Below are positions 61,900 to 64,000 of a stretch of DNA of 64,000 nucleotides, in pieces. Within the stretch, counting starts at the first letter, position 1. Each line of letters opens with the position of its first letter. Source of the DNA: Mobula hypostoma (taxonomy: Eukaryota). A program made the translations under genes and the position numbers. The notes under the pieces were generated by a model. That model was not told the DNA's origin, searched no databases, and was given only the letters and a program-made list of their open reading frames with translations. The DNA lies in assembly GCF_963921235.1 (NCBI RefSeq), contig NC_086097.1, forward strand, positions 102,426,001 through 102,490,000, in the 5' to 3' direction.

Positions 61900-64000
61900 T
61901 TTGTAGATTGTAGTTTTCTCTGGCCAACAGTAGTTAAGGCAGTGAAATGCTTCTCCTGTAAGATATGGGATTGCAGGGTACCTTGATGACTACTATATAT
62001 CTGCAGGAAGTGCACCCAATTTTAGTTCTGGACTGACAGGTTCATGGAACTGGAGAGGGAGCTGGATGTGACCATCTAGTAGGCTGAAAACTTGATAAGA
62101 CTTTTACTGAGGTGGTCACATCCAGACTGCAGGCTTCAGACAGTAGATAGGTGACCACCAGGAGAAATAAGGGGAGTTTACAATTAATACAAGGTTCCCC
62201 TATGGTCATTCCCTTCAGCAACAAGTATACCCCTTTCGATACTACTGGGGGGAAAAACTTATCAGGGCACAGCAGCGGCAGCCAGGCCAGAGTATTGTAA
62301 CTGGCTCTGAGGCTCAGCAGGGAAGGAAAATGTCAGGCAGACCGATAATGATAGGAGACTCAATGACAGGGGGACGAACAGGAGATTCTGTGGTTGTGAT
62401 AAAGACACCGGTATAATGTGTTGTCTCCCAGTTGCTAGAAAAAGGAAGATCTGGGAAGACGTTGGAATTGATTATTAAGTATTTGGTGTTGGAGTACTGG
62501 AAGGCACATGATACAATAGGCCATATTCAGTATGGTTTCCTCAAGGGAACAACTTGCTTGACAAATCTGTTGGAATTCTTTGGAAAAATAACAATCAGGA
62601 TAGACAAAGGAGAATTGGGTGATGTTGCGTACTTGGATTTTCAGAATGCCTTTGACAAGGTACCACACATGAGGCTGCTTAAAAAGTTAAGAGCCCGTGG
62701 TATTACAGGAAAGATTTTAGCATGGATAAAGCAGTGGCTGATTGGTAGGAGGCAATGAGTCAAAATAAAGGGGGCATTTTTTGGTTGGCTGTCACTAATT
62801 AGTGGTCTATAGGGGTCGGTATTGTGGCTGCCTCTTTTCACATTGTGTCAATGACTCAGATGATGGAATTGATTGCTTTATGGCCAAATTTGTTGATGAT
62901 ACGAAGATTGGTGGAGGGGCAGGTGGTGTTCAAGAACCAGGGAGTCTGCAGAAGGACTTAGACAGATGTTGAGAATGGGCAAAGAGGTGACAGGTAAGAC
63001 CATAAGACTCAGAAGCAGAATTAGGCCATTCAACCTTTCGAGTTTGCTCCACCATGCCATCGTGGCTGATCCCAGACCCCACTCAATCCCACACACCTGC
63101 CTTCTCACCATATCCTTTAATGACCCGACTGATCAGGAAACAGTCAACTTCTGCCTTAAATATACCCATAGACTTTGCCTCCACTGCAGTCTGTGGCAGA
63201 GCATTCCACAGATTTACTACTCTCTGGCAAAAAATTCCTCCTTGCCTCTGTTCTAAAGGGTCGCCCCTCAATAGGGAGTTTAACATAAAGGAGCCCTTAG
63301 GAGGCAGTGATCATAATATGATTGAATTCGTACTGCAGTTTGAGAGGGAGAAGCATAACTCATATGTATCAGTATCGGAATGGAATAAAGGGTATTTCAG
63401 AGGCACGAGAGAGGAGCTTGCCCAGGTGGATTGGAGGAGGATACTGGCAAGGATGACGGCAGAGCAGAGATGCCTGAAGTTTCTGAGAATAGTTCACAAA
63501 GCACGGGATAGATATGACCCACAGAAGAAATTCTCAAATGGCAGGGGTAGGCAGCTGTTGCTGACAAGGGAAGCTAAGGGCTGCGCAAAACCCAAGGAAA
63601 GAGCATATAAGGTAGCAAAAGTGAGTGGGAAGTTGGATGATTGGGAAGTTTTTAAAATCTAACAAAAGGCAACTAAAAAAGCCATAAGAAGGGAAAAGAT
63701 GAAATATGAGGGCAAACTAGTCAATAATATAAAGCAGGATACTAGAAGTTTTTTCAGTTATTTAAAAAGTAAAAGGGAGATGAGAGTTGATATTGGACCA
63801 TTGGAAAATGATGCTGGTGAGGTAGTAATGGAGGACAAAGAAATGGCAGATGAACTTAATAGGTACTTGCAATCAGTCTTCACTGTGGAAGACACTAGCA
63901 GTGTGCCAGAGATCCGTGAATGTCAGGGAGCAGGAGTGAGTGCCATTGCTATTACGAAGGAAAATGTGCTAGGCAAACTCAAAGGTCTTAAGGTGAATAA
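61900..64000 (+). mobile_element. CR1 patchwork: ORF1 remnant, RT pieces, inverted 3' end (62993-63270), endonuclease-linker piece
   Basis: ORF1-like CFSC...ICRKC and IGDS (SGNH-like); LTNLLEFF and DFQNAFDKVPH; EPLGGSDHNMIEF. Confidence 0.8.

Noticed and set aside
38830..64000. A second host gene upstream of TMEM62
   Set aside because: No recognisable non-TE exon; all substantial ORFs map to transposon proteins. Short exons could be missed by eye.

Overview
Repeat-dense vertebrate genomic DNA. The repeat repertoire (abundant CR1, Penelope elements and derivatives, Deu/V-type SINEs, Rex/Babar) suggests a cartilaginous fish, probably a ray; this is inference. The only host gene I can support is TMEM62 on the minus strand: six coding exons with GT-AG introns (180+112+138+46+142+125 nt, ATG at 38495, CpG-rich first exon) encoding the N-terminal calcineurin-like metallophosphoesterase domain. 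The remaining exons appear to lie beyond position 1. The rest is largely transposon-derived: CR1, L1/Tx1-like, RTE, Rex/Babar and Hero LINEs, Penelope elements with minimal hammerhead ribozymes, a decayed GalEa-type Ty1/copia element, solo LTRs, Tigger, Tc1 and hAT/Buster DNA transposons, and SINEs, often nested. The most novel observation is in the 3' UTR of the Hero LINE (20126-20200, minus strand). It holds all hammerhead core motifs (GUC, GAAA, CUGAUGA) with three pairable stems, but the strands are connected in the reverse of the canonical order and stem III is extended through a consensus kink-turn. This is a candidate new hammerhead topology; activity is untested. Also notable are a young Penelope insertion forming a 516-bp-arm palindrome and a 38-39-bp target-site duplication around the Hero copy.
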